From Centroscyllium fabricii (taxonomy: Eukaryota), in the NCBI GenBank assembly GCA_051313645.2, contig JBNRSN020000017.1, positions 63,674,001 through 63,738,000 on the forward strand: 64,000 bases of DNA, written 5' to 3'. Positions 13,050 to 24,545 of this stretch are shown piece by piece (the stretch's first letter is position 1; each line of letters begins with the position of its first letter). The notes beneath the pieces were generated by a model. The model ran no database searches. It saw only the letters and a list, made by a program, of their open reading frames with translations, and was not told where the DNA came from. Made by a program: the position numbers and the translations under genes.

Positions 13050-14267
13050 CAGATAATCTTTGACACTGGGAATTTAAAAAAAACCTTTAGAAATGGGCTG
13101 GTGCTAGTAGTATCAATAATCCATTTAGTATAGCATACTAGTTATCCTAGGACACTGAGGGAAAGGAACTTGTATTTTTGTAATCTATTGGTTTAGCTGG
13201 TTGAACAAACATGAAGTGACAATTCAGTAGAGTAAGTTCACTGACTTGTAAAGTAATATAAAACACAGTAAAGGGAAAAGTGAAGGGTAAAGGGAAACTT
13301 AAGGTTTCTTTTTATTAATTGTCATGCCAATAACATTTTAAATAGTGGGTCATCTGCTTTCAATGATGACACAATTTCCTTGCAGCAAAGGGGCTGTGTT
13401 AGCTCCCAAGTGATGTATTGATGGCTATTAATAGTTGTATGGGAAGTAATTGTCCTGCACCTATAATGTTCTCAATGGTTTCAACAAAACATGAAATAAT
13501 TGTTGAAGGATATGTTGATGGCGTAAAGTGGGAGAAGGCTCATGTGGAGCATTAACACTGCCATAGATCTGTTGGGCCCAATGGCCTTTCTCTGTGTTGT
13601 CAAATTCTGTGTCATTGTTAAAGCATAGATGACTTACTCAAAAAGGTTTCACTGAACTGTTGGTCCAAAGCATTTAAACCATAAAATATATTTGTTTTAT
13701 AATGTGCACAAATTGCTTTCTTTATCCCCATCTGTGACCATGAATCTGTAAACATACCACAAATGAATCAGGGACTTTAGTCATTTGAAACATGTAAATG
13801 AGGAGCTCCTAACAATGATGGTGGATAAATATACCAATCGCATGTGGAACTGAGTCAAAAGACCAAAAGATCCAAGGTTCATCCTTGGTCTGTGCTGCAT
13901 TACCTGAGGTCAGACAGCAAAAGCAGTTGTAGTACAGTAACTGGTTTTGGCATCTTTATTGAGCTGGGATGGGGGGGGTGGGGTGGCTAAGATCAACCAG
14001 GGTTCCTGCCACTGGGCTTCTTGCAAAGATGCCATTTTTTCATCCTCTGCACTGACTTTCCTCAATCTCAGTGCTGTGACTCTTAATCTCTGGGATATTA
14101 ATGATGTCAATTCGCCTTGCCCAGACTCCCCAGTTTCATTTTCATCCGAAACCTTTCCTGCCATATAACCCAGCCACCCCCTTGACATGCAGCCTATGAA
14201 AACCTCTGCCCATTGTGGATATGTCAGGAATTTGAAAGGTGCTGCCAATCTACCCTCAATTATAATA

Positions 14268-14700
14268 CAGGTTGAACACTGGTAATCCGGCACCTGATGG
14301 TCCGGCAGCTTCAGCGGTCCAGCACGATTGGAAACTGGCGCTCTTCATTTTGTGGAGCAGCCGCTCGGCGGTGCCGCCATTTCCCACGAAGAGTGAGTGA
14401 GCGCCTCGGGCGTTTGTTTTTTTTTTAGGCTGTTCTTTTTTTTTTAAATGCAAGAAGTCACAACACCAGGTTATAGTCCAACAGTTTTATTTTAAATCGT
14501 CAGTTTTTTTTTAGTTTGTGTTCTGTCCCCGGGCTCCCTCCTGGGGAGTGTTCTACCTGCGCGCACCGGGCCCTGGGGCGTGTTCTACCGCGCGCTCCCC
14601 CCCCCCCCCCCCCCCCCCCCCCGAACCTTGTGGTTTGGAATTTTCAGTGATCTGGTACCGGCCTGGTCCCGAGGGTGCCGGATTAACAGTGCTCAACCTG
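14268..14700. mobile_element. Tc1/mariner-Tigger-like MITE containing a family A fragment (about 14447-14497)
   Basis: TA TSD; 27-bp TIR caggttga(a/g)cactg(g/t)taatccggcacc. Confidence 0.85.
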
Positions 14701-15327
14701 TAGTGTGTACGTAATTGGATGGGGTATTGGCCTTTGCTTCCATTTTGTTTCCAAATTTGGATGAATTCCTAGACCTGTTTGAATAAACCAGGTATTTGAG
14801 GCATAATCATGTTCGGAATCGGCACACAAGGCCACATGTCCTCCTGGAATTGCATGCTGCAATACACATGCTAGTTTACTAGCAAGCAACCTACTTGTTC
14901 TTTACACCTCTCAACTTTAACAATACCCATATTATTTCCTCTTGGGACACTTAAACTCTGGCAAACGATGAGTTTTGAAATTGCATTTGTAGTTAATTTT
15001 AGTTTCTTTCATCAGACTGTTCTACTTTATATACTTTATCAGATTGAGACATTTTTGCTCAGTCTTGGTCGTCTTCCAATATCTGCGGCCATGGTAAAAG
15101 AGGGCAGATGGAAAGGAGTATGTTTTCATTTGAGATCACTGTTGGCTAATGCTTCTGAATTTCAAAAATGTCAGCAAGTAACACTCGTGCCTGAGGAAAC
15201 TATTGTACAGGTTTCAACGTTTAATCTTGTGCTAATTGGTTTGGGTAAAGTTTGGAATCGAGCGTTTTACCATGTTGACTCCAATGTTTGCATTCAAAGA
15301 TGTTGTGCACGGTACTTTTTTGCACTA

Positions 15328-15774
15328 CAGGTTGAGCACCGTTAATCCGTTACCCGAAAAACCGGCAGCTTCGAACGTCCGGCAATTTCCCCGGCTGCGC
15401 CGCGCATGCGCAAAATGGCCACCGCGATTGATGCTTCGGCGAATGATCTGCGCATGTGCCGCCGAACAGCAAGCGCATGCGCAGGTCATTCACAATGGTC
15501 TCTCCGAGCCGATAGCGGGCTGGGCCGGGACTCCCCAAACGCGGGCTGGGCCGGGATTCCCCGAACGCGGGCCGGGACCATCCGAACGATGCTGGGCCAG
15601 GACTCTTCAAACGATAAGCGCATGCGCAGACAACTCTAACTGGCCGCCGGCCTTTCGCGGCGACCATTTTGAATGGTCTGCGCATGCCCTCTCCGAAGCT
15701 TCAATCGTTCGGGATTTTCACTTTCCCAGCACGGGCCTGGTCCTGCCCGTGCTGGATTAACGGTGCTCAACCTG
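15328..15774. mobile_element. Tigger-like MITE, CpG-rich
   Basis: TA TSD; perfect 21-bp TIR caggttgagcaccgttaatcc. Confidence 0.88.
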
Positions 15775-16257
15775 TACTTGCATCAATACAGGAAATCCTT
15801 TTGATTACCTCATCCAAGGCTCCAGTATTTTGGACTGTAGTGATTTGGAGAGCAGCTTTACATGAGCTTTCCAATTAGATTTTAGAATTGAATACATGGA
15901 CACTCTTTTTAATCCTTTTTGATGCTCATACTTGATAAGCAGTTTTGGAGGCAATGATATTGGAGAACTTGTGGTAATGGATCTAGTTCAGAGCTTTCTA
16001 AACTGCAGCCTGTGGTCCAGTTTCTAGCCTTCAAGGACTAGCAGTCTGGCTCACTTAAGCCCAGGTAACTCACTACTTTTCGTTTTGCAGTGGATAATAA
16101 CGGCCAACTGACAGCGTTCAGTCATTACCCCTCTGAAACTGACCAGGATTTAGCGCATGTGCATCTAAATGCGGAAATCCTGACATTACGGTCGGTCATT
16201 CATTGCTCCGACATGGGCTGTGCTATGGACACCCCGCCCACCCCATAGCCGGCAATC

Positions 16258-16960
16258 AATTCAATTCAATTCAAATTGCTTTATTGGCATGACAAGATAC
16301 AACAAAGCACAGAAAAAGAACATATACAGTTGGACATACAAATGCATAACCAGACGTATTGAATGAATAACTATGCATACACATACACATAAAAACCTGC
16401 ATATAGATCTAAAAACATATACAATTGGACATACAAATGCATAAACAGACGTATTGGATGAATAGCTATGCAAACACATACATATATACCCGCATATAGA
16501 TCTTGTATGCTCTTCCTAGCTTCAATGGTCACTGGTTCTCCCTCTGCTTATGGCAAGCTGTGACCTAGTTTGCCGCTAATTTTATGCAGTCCCTCTGTTC
16601 CCCCAATAGATATGGGAGTTTTTGGTGGTCGTTCAAATTTTGGGAAGAAATTTCCCCTTATTCCCTGATAGTTTTTGCAAGTTGTGAGGAAGTGCAGCTC
16701 TGTCTCCACCACTCCCTGACTGCAGTGGGAGCACAGCCTTTCCTCTCTGGGCAGCCAAGTCTTTCTGTGCCTTTTTCGATGGCTAGGCTGTGCTCGCTAA
16801 GTCTGTACATGTCAGGGTTTTTCTCAGTTTGCTATCTTTCACCATGGTCAGGTAATCAGCCATGGTGTACTGTCTGTTTAGGGCCAAATAACAATCTAGT
16901 TTGTTTTGGGTTTTTGTCATTTCTGTCCAGTAATTCAAGTATTTTTCTTTTTGTTTAGTA
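16258..16960 (-). mobile_element. RTE-X-like LINE 3' fragment
   Basis: Minus strand reads MYRLSEHSLAIEK..TWLPREERLCSHCSQGVVETELHFLTTC (CCHC knuckle); tail gtcatgccaataaagcaattt followed by gaatt repeats; ~95-bp tandem duplication in the 3' UTR at 16321-16503. Confidence 0.75.
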
Positions 16961-17121
16961 ATAATTGTGTTGGGTCGGATTCTGAGTGCTAGGATGTCAA
17001 TGAATCCAATGGAACCGATGGAAACTGAACATTTTCATGCTAATATCTCTGTTAAATATCCCATTAAATGTTAAGCATTGTAGAAATAGGTGTAACTGGG
17101 GTTTTAATAGCCTGAACAGAG

Positions 17122-17590
17122 GGTGACTCGCTTCCATATTAAAAATGAGTTCTCAGGTGACCGATGAGTCCAATGTGGGACCTACAGTCTTTGTCCATGA
17201 GGGTCCTGACGTTCCAGGTCCCAGACTTAATTTTAAAGGGTGGAAGATGCCTGTGCGTGAATTCTTTTACCGTGGGGTGGGAGTTGCACACCAGCTACCA
17301 CACGGGCTTGACAGAGCAAGGTCTTGGTCCAATGGCAAGGGGATCCAAGACGATTGGAGACCAGGCTCTGCTACATCGGCCTAGCGTGCACAAACATACT
17401 CCTACTGTCCTCCTCCCTCCTTCCCGCAGGTCCTCTCTGACTGGGTTTCATAGGATGCATTGTGGTCCTCCTGACCTCTCTGTTGGCCTGTGCCGCACCT
17501 TCCCTGTGCCCCGACCCCGCTGCGCCACTCCTGGGCCTTGACCTCACTGCTGGGCTTGTCCTTGGTCCTGGCCTCGGACATGAATGATGT
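17122..17590 (-). mobile_element. Internally deleted RTE-clade element (5' end fused to 3' end)
   Basis: Minus strand reads GTWNVRTLMD (endonuclease N-terminus) joined directly to KDCRSHIGLIGHLRTHF* (RTE C-terminus). Confidence 0.75.
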
Positions 17591-17910
17591 CTCTCTCTCA
17601 GGATCCAATTTCACATTTTTAATAGCATATTGCCTGCTAAACTACCATTTTGGCCCTGAAAACTAATTTTTATATTTGTGGAATGTCAAATGTCTCCAAT
17701 ATGATGAATTGCTTTTTTTAAAAAAAACATTAAGTTATTATTTTTATAAGCTCTAGACGATAAAGGTGCCACATTTCCTAGGAAGTCTATTTAACGTGCC
17801 TGACCTTTTGAAAGGACATGCTTGAGACCAGGAACGTCGCGTACAGGCAAAGTTAATGTAACAATAGACCTTGACAACAGTGACTTAATTTTTTTTTTTT
17901 CTCTTTTCAG

Positions 17911-17938
17911 ACCGTGAGGATCAGTCAATTCTTTGCAC
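17911..17938 (+). CDS. MYH10: MYH10 exon, 28 nt, (D)REDQSILC(T)
   Basis: Polypyrimidine tract + ttcag acceptor, gtaagt donor; the translation is the myosin II motif preceding the P-loop and is phase-compatible with the next exon. Confidence 0.96.
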
Positions 17939-18893
17939 GTAAGTACATATTTTATTTGAATGATGTTTTAAAAATTTGCTGCGTACCAACTATAGCTAGA
18001 TGAAGAGCATCTATTGATGGATATTATTATAAGGGGTGAAAAATAACACTTCATTTTGAATGCTTGTGTGCGCCAAAGGCGAAAATTAGTAATGGTGAAT
18101 ACTGCTATTCATTAAGTTTGCGTTGATTCTCGGGTATTGGTGTAACGTATCCAGGTTTTGCTGCTGATAAAAAGCTAGATAGGAAAGTCAGATGTGAGGA
18201 GGACGCAAAGAGGCTGCAGAGAGATATAGACGGTTGGCTGGGCAAGAACATGGCAAATGGAATAAAATGTGGGCAAGTGTGAATTATTCCACTTTGGTAG
18301 GAAAAACAAAAAAGCAGAATATGTTTTGAATGGTGAGCCTGGGAAATGTTTGCACTCGAGGAACCTGGGCGTCCTTGTACATGAATCACAAAGTTAACAC
18401 GCAGGTACAGCAAGCAATTAGGAAAGCAAGTGGTATGTTGGCTTTTGTTACAAAGGGATAAGAGTAAAGAAGTCTTACTGCAATTATACAGGGCATTGGT
18501 GAGGCCACACCTGGAGTACTGTGTACAGTTCTGGTCTCATTACCGAAGGAAAGACGTACTTGAGAGAGTGTAGCGAAGGTTGACTAGGCTGGTTCCTGGG
18601 ATGATGGTTCCTGGGATGACGGGATTGCCCTATGAGGAGAGATTGAGTAGACTAGGCCTCTATTCATTAGAGTTTAGAAGAATGAGAGGTGATCTAATTG
18701 AAACATATAAAAATTTTAAGTGACTTGACAGGGAAAGGTTTTCCCTGGCTGGGGAATCTAGAACACTGGGTCACAGTCGGAGAATAAGGGGTAGTCCATT
18801 TAGGACAGATAAATTTCTTCATTCGAAAGGGTTGTTAATGTTTGAGCATCCACAGCGCGCTCGTAGAGAAATCCAGTCATTGAGTATATTCAA

Positions 18894-19299
18894 ATGCAAA
18901 AAGTCACAACACCAGGTTTTAAAGTCCAACGTTTTATTTTAAATCACAAGCTTTCGGAGCTTTTGCCCCTTTGTCAGGTGAAAGAGAAACTAAAGTCAAA
19001 GATCACACACATGGGGGAGGGGAGAAATTTGATCCCATACATCCAACCCTAGAGCACACAAGCATATTAGCATACCTTATGCTAGTATGCTAATATGCTT
19101 GTGTGCTCTAGGGTTGGATGTATGGGATCAAATTTCTCCCCTCCCCCATGTGTGTGATCTTTGACTTTAGTTTCTCTTTCACCTGACGAAGGGGCAAAAG
19201 CTCCGAAAGCTTGTGATTTAAAATAAAACGTTGGACTTTAAACCTGGTGTTGTGTGACTTTTTGCATTTGTCCACCCCAGTCCAATACCGGCACCTCCG
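18894..19299 (+). mobile_element. Penelope-like fold-back insert, family A, ~185-bp near-perfect palindrome
   Basis: TSD cattgagtatattcaa at 18878-18893 and 19300-19315; arms about 18892-19075 and 19085-19269 with a 9-nt loop. Confidence 0.9.
19179..19216 (+). ncRNA. Minimal type I hammerhead ribozyme motif
   Basis: TCAC-CTGACGA-A-GGGGC(AAAA)GCTCC-GAAA-GCTT-GTGA; stem II kept through a G-U pair and a different loop relative to the 10872 copy. Confidence 0.75.
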
Positions 19300-20883
19300 C
19301 ATTGAGTATATTCAAGACAGAGGTTGATAAATGTTTGGAAACAAAGGGAATTAAAGAACATGGTAGTGCGGGAAGGTGGAGCTGAGGTAGACGATTAACC
19401 ATGATCTTGTAGAATGGCGGAGCAGGCTCAAAGGGTCAAATGGCCGACTCTAGCTCCAATTTCATATGTTCAATTGATTTTAACTTTCGGTGCCAGGTAA
19501 AGAATTTTCTTGGTGCTTTAAAGGTTTATTCATAGTCCATTCCTGTAAACTGTGGGGAATGACATTGTTTATATCTCGGGGGTATTTGACTAAACTCAAA
19601 TTATTCTAAGCTAGCTTCTATTGGGCCACATTTGAAAGGTCATGCCTTCAAAAGAACATTCTTGCATTGGATGGGGTTCAGAGAAGCGAGCGAAGGATGA
19701 TTCGAAGATTTGGGGGACTCATTATGAAGAGAAACGAGGAGATAAACCTGATTGAGGGTGTGATATGATCTCTATTAAATGTTGAAGTGTCAATGTGGAC
19801 AAGTTGTTTTAGAATGCGAGCACAGAACTAGAGATGGGTTTAAAATTACCAAGCCCCACTAAAGATTAGAAGACATTGTTTTTGACCTTTTCCTCTTGCT
19901 CCTCTCCCCACCACCACCAAACAAGGTAATGGATATGTGGCACTGGCTCCCAGTAAAAGCTGCTGTTGTTGATTAAAGCAATCTAAAAGTGTTGTCCGTG
20001 TCCAGGATTGAATAATGATGGTGAATTAATATCCTAGACTTTGATGGATTGCCTTTTTAGGGGTCCGAGTGTATAATTGTAGATTTTTGTGAAGAGATTG
20101 CTCCTTGAATCCATGATCAAGTAAGATTGTACATGGTTGGTGGCAGGAAGAGGCTTTTGTTTGAATAACCTTTCCTCATTGCATGCTCGTGTTATAAAAC
20201 ATGACCAAGACACTTACTTTCGAGTTTGAAAAAGCTTCAGATTGGCTGTGATTATAATAGGTTGTGCAGGGCACCATTTGTGATTTAAGATACTTTGCAA
20301 CTTCCTGAATCATCTAAATGAGTGTGGGGGGGAACGGTACTTCCTGAAGTTTCATTTTAATTTGTCAAACTTTTTTTTAGGTGAATGTAGTTATGAAATT
20401 CTTTATATAATAAAATACCACAAAAATTAGTTCATACAGTTTAGGCTTTTGGATCTGTTTTTTATTCATCTAATCCATCCCATGTTCCTATTTTTGCAGG
20501 CGATCAACTAACATTTACTATTTTTGCTTTCAAGATTACTTCAGAAAAAGTTGAATTCATGCTTTACTTCTGCTTTATATGAAGAAAGTTATCTGAATTA
20601 CTTCTAATAATGGCCTGCCACAGATTGGAGGGAGCTTCACCTCGCATTTATTTTCATTTAATGCACCAACTGTGAGAGGGCAGGCTTGCAATGAGCAAGT
20701 CCTGATGGTGACCAGTCTTGTTGTCAGTCTTTTAAAATAACCCATTCATGTACTCAAATGCATGCCCAGAGCTGTAGCCTGAAACCAAGTGTGTCTCTTC
20801 AGCTGGGAACCAAGAGGGGTTAAAATTCAACTCGGCAAGAGCACCAAACCAGTGGTAGTGGATTAGGCAGCAGGGTTTATACC

Positions 20884-22692
20884 ATAGAAACATAGAAGAT
20901 AGGAGCAGGAGTAGGCTATTCGGCCCCTCGAGCCTGCTCTGCCATTTAATGAGATCGTGGCTGATCATCCAAACTCAGTACCCTGTCCCTGCCTTCTCCC
21001 CATATCCTGTGATCCCTTTAGCCTCAAGAAATATATCCAACTTGTTCTTGAATATATTTAATGATCTGGCCTCCACCGCCCTCTGGCAGAGAATTCCACA
21101 GGTGCACCATTCTCTGGGTGAAGAAATTCCTCCTCATCTGTCCTAAATGGCTTAACCCTTAGACTATGATCCCTGGTTCTGGACTCCCCGGCCATCGGGA
21201 ACATCCTTCCTACATCTAGTCTGTCCAGTCCTGTTAGAATTTTATAAGTTTCAATGAGATCCCCTCATTCTTCTAAACTCCAGTGAGTATAAGCCCAATC
21301 GACCCAATCTCTCTCTCTCTCCTCGTACATCATTCCTGCCACCCAGGTATCAACCTGGTGAATCTTGCTCCCTCCATGGCAAGAACATCCTTCCTCAGAT
21401 AAGGCGACCAAAATTGCACACAATGCCCGAGGTGCGGTCTCACCAAGGCCCTGTGCAGCTGCAGCAAGACATCCTTGTTCCTGTACTCTTAACTCTTTTG
21501 CCACGAAGGCCAACATACCATTTGCCTCCTTAATCGCCTGCTGCACCTGCATGCTTACCTTCAGCGACTGGTGCACAAGGACACCCAGGTCTCATTGCAC
21601 TTTGCTTTCTCCCAATCTATTGCCCTTGAAATAGTAATCTGCCTTCCTGTTTTTGACACCAAAGTGGATAACCCCACATTAAATGCATTTGCCATGTTTC
21701 TGCCAATAATCACCCAGCCTGTCCAAATCGTACTGGAGTTTCACAACATCCTTCTCACAGAATACCCTCCCACCCAGCTTTGTCGTCTACAAATTTGTAG
21801 ATACTACATCCAATTCCCTCGTCCAGATCATTAATATATATTGGCCCAGAAATTGCAGTGGAGCCTTCGTGCGGGTGCAGAACCTGCTTAACGCACTTTA
21901 ATTGCCCATATTCAGTTTTGCTTTTTTGCACTGAGAAATTCCCATTAGCCCAGCCTGTCAGAGCTCCATGCGAGTTTCATGGGCATCTGAAGGGTGTAAT
22001 TAGTGCGAGGTGGCTTTTGAGACCACGTGAATGGAAGCAATTCTCCGTTCAAAACTTCCAGAGAAATCTGTGCGAGTTTTGAAGAGATTCCCAAAAGACA
22101 TCTAAACACAAAAATAAAATTTTACAAACACCACATTTTTTTAATATTACCCCAACTAACACAAATAACCTATTAAAGAAAAAATAAAAATTTGCAGAAA
22201 TTTTTTTCTACTTCCAACAGGTCTAAAAAAATACTTACCTGTCTTTAAAGTTATCAACAATTAAAAACCTGAAAAAACAATTAAAATTAATACAATACGC
22301 ACTTACCAGATAAAAACAGGTGTTTACGACTCCTATTTTCCAGCGTTGAATTTTCTGCTCTTGGTCCATAGAAAAACTTTAAAAAAATATCGGAATGACT
22401 GGATAATCCCGTAGTTCGCTGCTTCCTGCGCTGGACCTCTCAGGAAGCAGCGACCCCCCCCCCAGGCTGGGCGGCACAGGAAAACCCGAAGCGTGCGCTC
22501 CGGCTGCTTCCTGCGGGTTTAAGCTCTGGTGCGTCGCACCAGAGCTTAAACCCGATATGTGCTGACTGCAATTTCTGGACCATTGTGAATAGCTGGGGTC
22601 CTAGGACCGATCCTTGCGGTACTGCCTGCCACTCGGAAAACGACCCATTTATTCCAACTGTTTGCTTTCCATCTGCCAACCAGTTCTCTATC
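20884..22692 (-). mobile_element. CR1-clade LINE fragment split by a MITE at 21843-22581
   Basis: Minus-strand RT remnants (VPQGSVLGPQLFT) and 3' UTR with tctatgtt-type tail repeats. Confidence 0.88.
21843..22581. mobile_element. PIF/Harbinger-like MITE, 739 bp
   Basis: TIR ggcccagaaattgcagt / actgcaatttctggacc; 3-bp TSD ATT; clean insertion into a LINE; inverted sister copy at 30223-30967. Confidence 0.88.
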
Positions 22693-23540
22693 CGGGTGGC
22701 TCATCTGCTACCGGCCATTGTGTCCATGCCAAAGTTGTATTTTAGCACCATTCGCTCTAGGCCCAGCCCTCGGGTGGAAACCTTTTTCCTGGTATTTAAA
22801 GCACAAGAAATGCTATTACACAAGTTCAGCTTAATCACTTTTTTCTTATAAATTAAATTTTTTGTGACTAGTAACGTTACAAACCTTGTTTCTAGTAATA
22901 AATGCTCATCTTAAGCCGCATTGCCAGCTAGAAGAGTTTAAGACATATTTGGTGTCATTTTATTGGCTCCCCTTTTTATTGCTCGGTTTTGCAGACTACT
23001 CGTGCTTCATTAGTTGTTTTGTGTTAGTTCCACCTTGGAAGTTTTACCTGATTTCCTTATTAGATTTGTAGATTCTGTTCAATTTTACCTTGTTTTTGAA
23101 TAAGTAATTTAATTAGCTACCAAATATTTGCGCTTGTATATAATGTTGAAGTCACGCAACCAACTACACCAGCATGCGGCTGTAACAGTTGTTTGCTGTT
23201 AACAGAATGCTAATCTTTCCACTTTAACACATCTGTTGGTGACTCATAATGCCATTGCCAATTAACCCCAATGCTTTTGCATCCAGTGGTTTTCATGTCT
23301 GATTGTGGTTTGGTTAAGTAAACAGTGTGCATGCTTTAAATAGTAATGTCAGTGTTAATGTTTTATCTCGGGAATTTGGCAACTCTTAATTTCTAAAGTA
23401 TCTGCATAAATGTTGCCTGTGTCTACATACATAATTGTATTAAGCATATACTGTTGCACAAACATTGGCAGCATTACCTGTGCTAACTATTGATGCCAGC
23501 ATATTGTATAAACCTTGTTGAGATTATAACTATATTTTAT

Positions 23541-23837
23541 TAATAATAATAATAATACAACTTTATTGTCATTATACAATGTACAAGTACATGAACAACG
23601 AAATGTGATCTTGCAAGCTCCCAAGAGTCCAGCAAAGCCGCTGCGTCTGTGCGCGCCGCCATTCCATCTTTCCATCATTCCGACAATCTTCAGCCAACTG
23701 CCTCTCCCCGAGGCTCCTTTCATGACCTTCTGCACCTGGTATTCCCTGGAGGTCTCCCATCCAAGTACTAACCAGGCCTGGCTCTGCTTAGCTTCCAAGC
23801 CTTGCCAGTGGCCCTGTCCCTAGTCCCAGGAACAGGG
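23541..23837 (-). mobile_element. 5S rRNA-derived SINE (SINE3-type), copy 1
   Basis: Minus strand ggaagctaagcagagccaggcctggttagtacttggatgggagacc..gggaataccaggtgc matches the 5S internal promoter; tail atttcgttg...aatgacaataaagttg(tat)n. Confidence 0.88.
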
Positions 23838-24545
23838 TTCTAAATTCACCTAATTTGGCCAAATTATAAAGGCATGCATATATTTTTGTTTGTAGTTTCC
23901 AAATTTACGAAAGTGACCCAAAGACTTTGGGTGTTCTTGTCGAGGAATGCAATTGGTAAATTGCCTTGGTTTTTGGTTTAGGAGGGAGAGGGTTATTTAA
24001 ACATTGCCGTACAAGGGCGTATGGTCTAAACTGGCCTTGGGTGAATTGAAATCCCAAATTGTGGCTTTGAATGCCAAAAAACAGTGGATACAACACATTT
24101 TTGTAGACTAATTCTGGCCTGATTCCAGGTTCCTGCAGTGTAGATATCTACAGGAAATTATTGCTTTCAAAGCAGCACAAGAAGTGGCCTTTATGAAAAG
24201 AATGTGACCTGGTGTTCAGTCATGCATCAAACAACACAACTGAAGAGTCAACCTGATGATGAGTGATCTTCTGTGGTTACTCCAGCATTTTCAGTTAATG
24301 AGCATGACCAAACTGGCTAATGGACACCTGGGTGTCATCTTCGCAATGCCAGCTGCCATAGTTGTCATAGCCATTGTCGTGATTTCTTTCTAGCCATCCC
24401 ACGGTGTAGCTCATGTTGAACTGAAATTACTGCTCAAGGGAAATTTGTTACTTATTGATCCAGAGCAGTTAAGTGTGTTACAAGAATTGTAAAAAAAAAA
24501 TGCAGTCATCAAGTAACTTATGGCAGAGCTAGATTGATGGCTGTA

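Larger units (their letters stand above)
18110..19470 (+). mobile_element. CR1-clade LINE 3' fragment interrupted by a Penelope-like insert
   Basis: Similar to 3250-4165; the LINE sequence resumes after the duplicated cattgagtatattcaa. Confidence 0.88.

Noticed and set aside
1-17910. Upstream MYH10 exons (TYSGLFCVV... exon, start codon, promoter)
   Set aside because: Not found by eye; they presumably lie before the window.
19108-19302. Recurrent small ORF MRRCRYWTGVDKCKKSH.. (similar at 11520-11747) and the triplicated ORFs at 23487, 51794 and 60599
   Set aside because: Recurrence reflects repeat copies; frames are not preserved between copies and no protein motif is evident.
23726-23798. 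5S rRNA gene (also near 51975 and 60790)
   Set aside because: Only the 3' two-thirds matches 5S and it is fused to a shared body and LINE-type tail; this is a SINE head.
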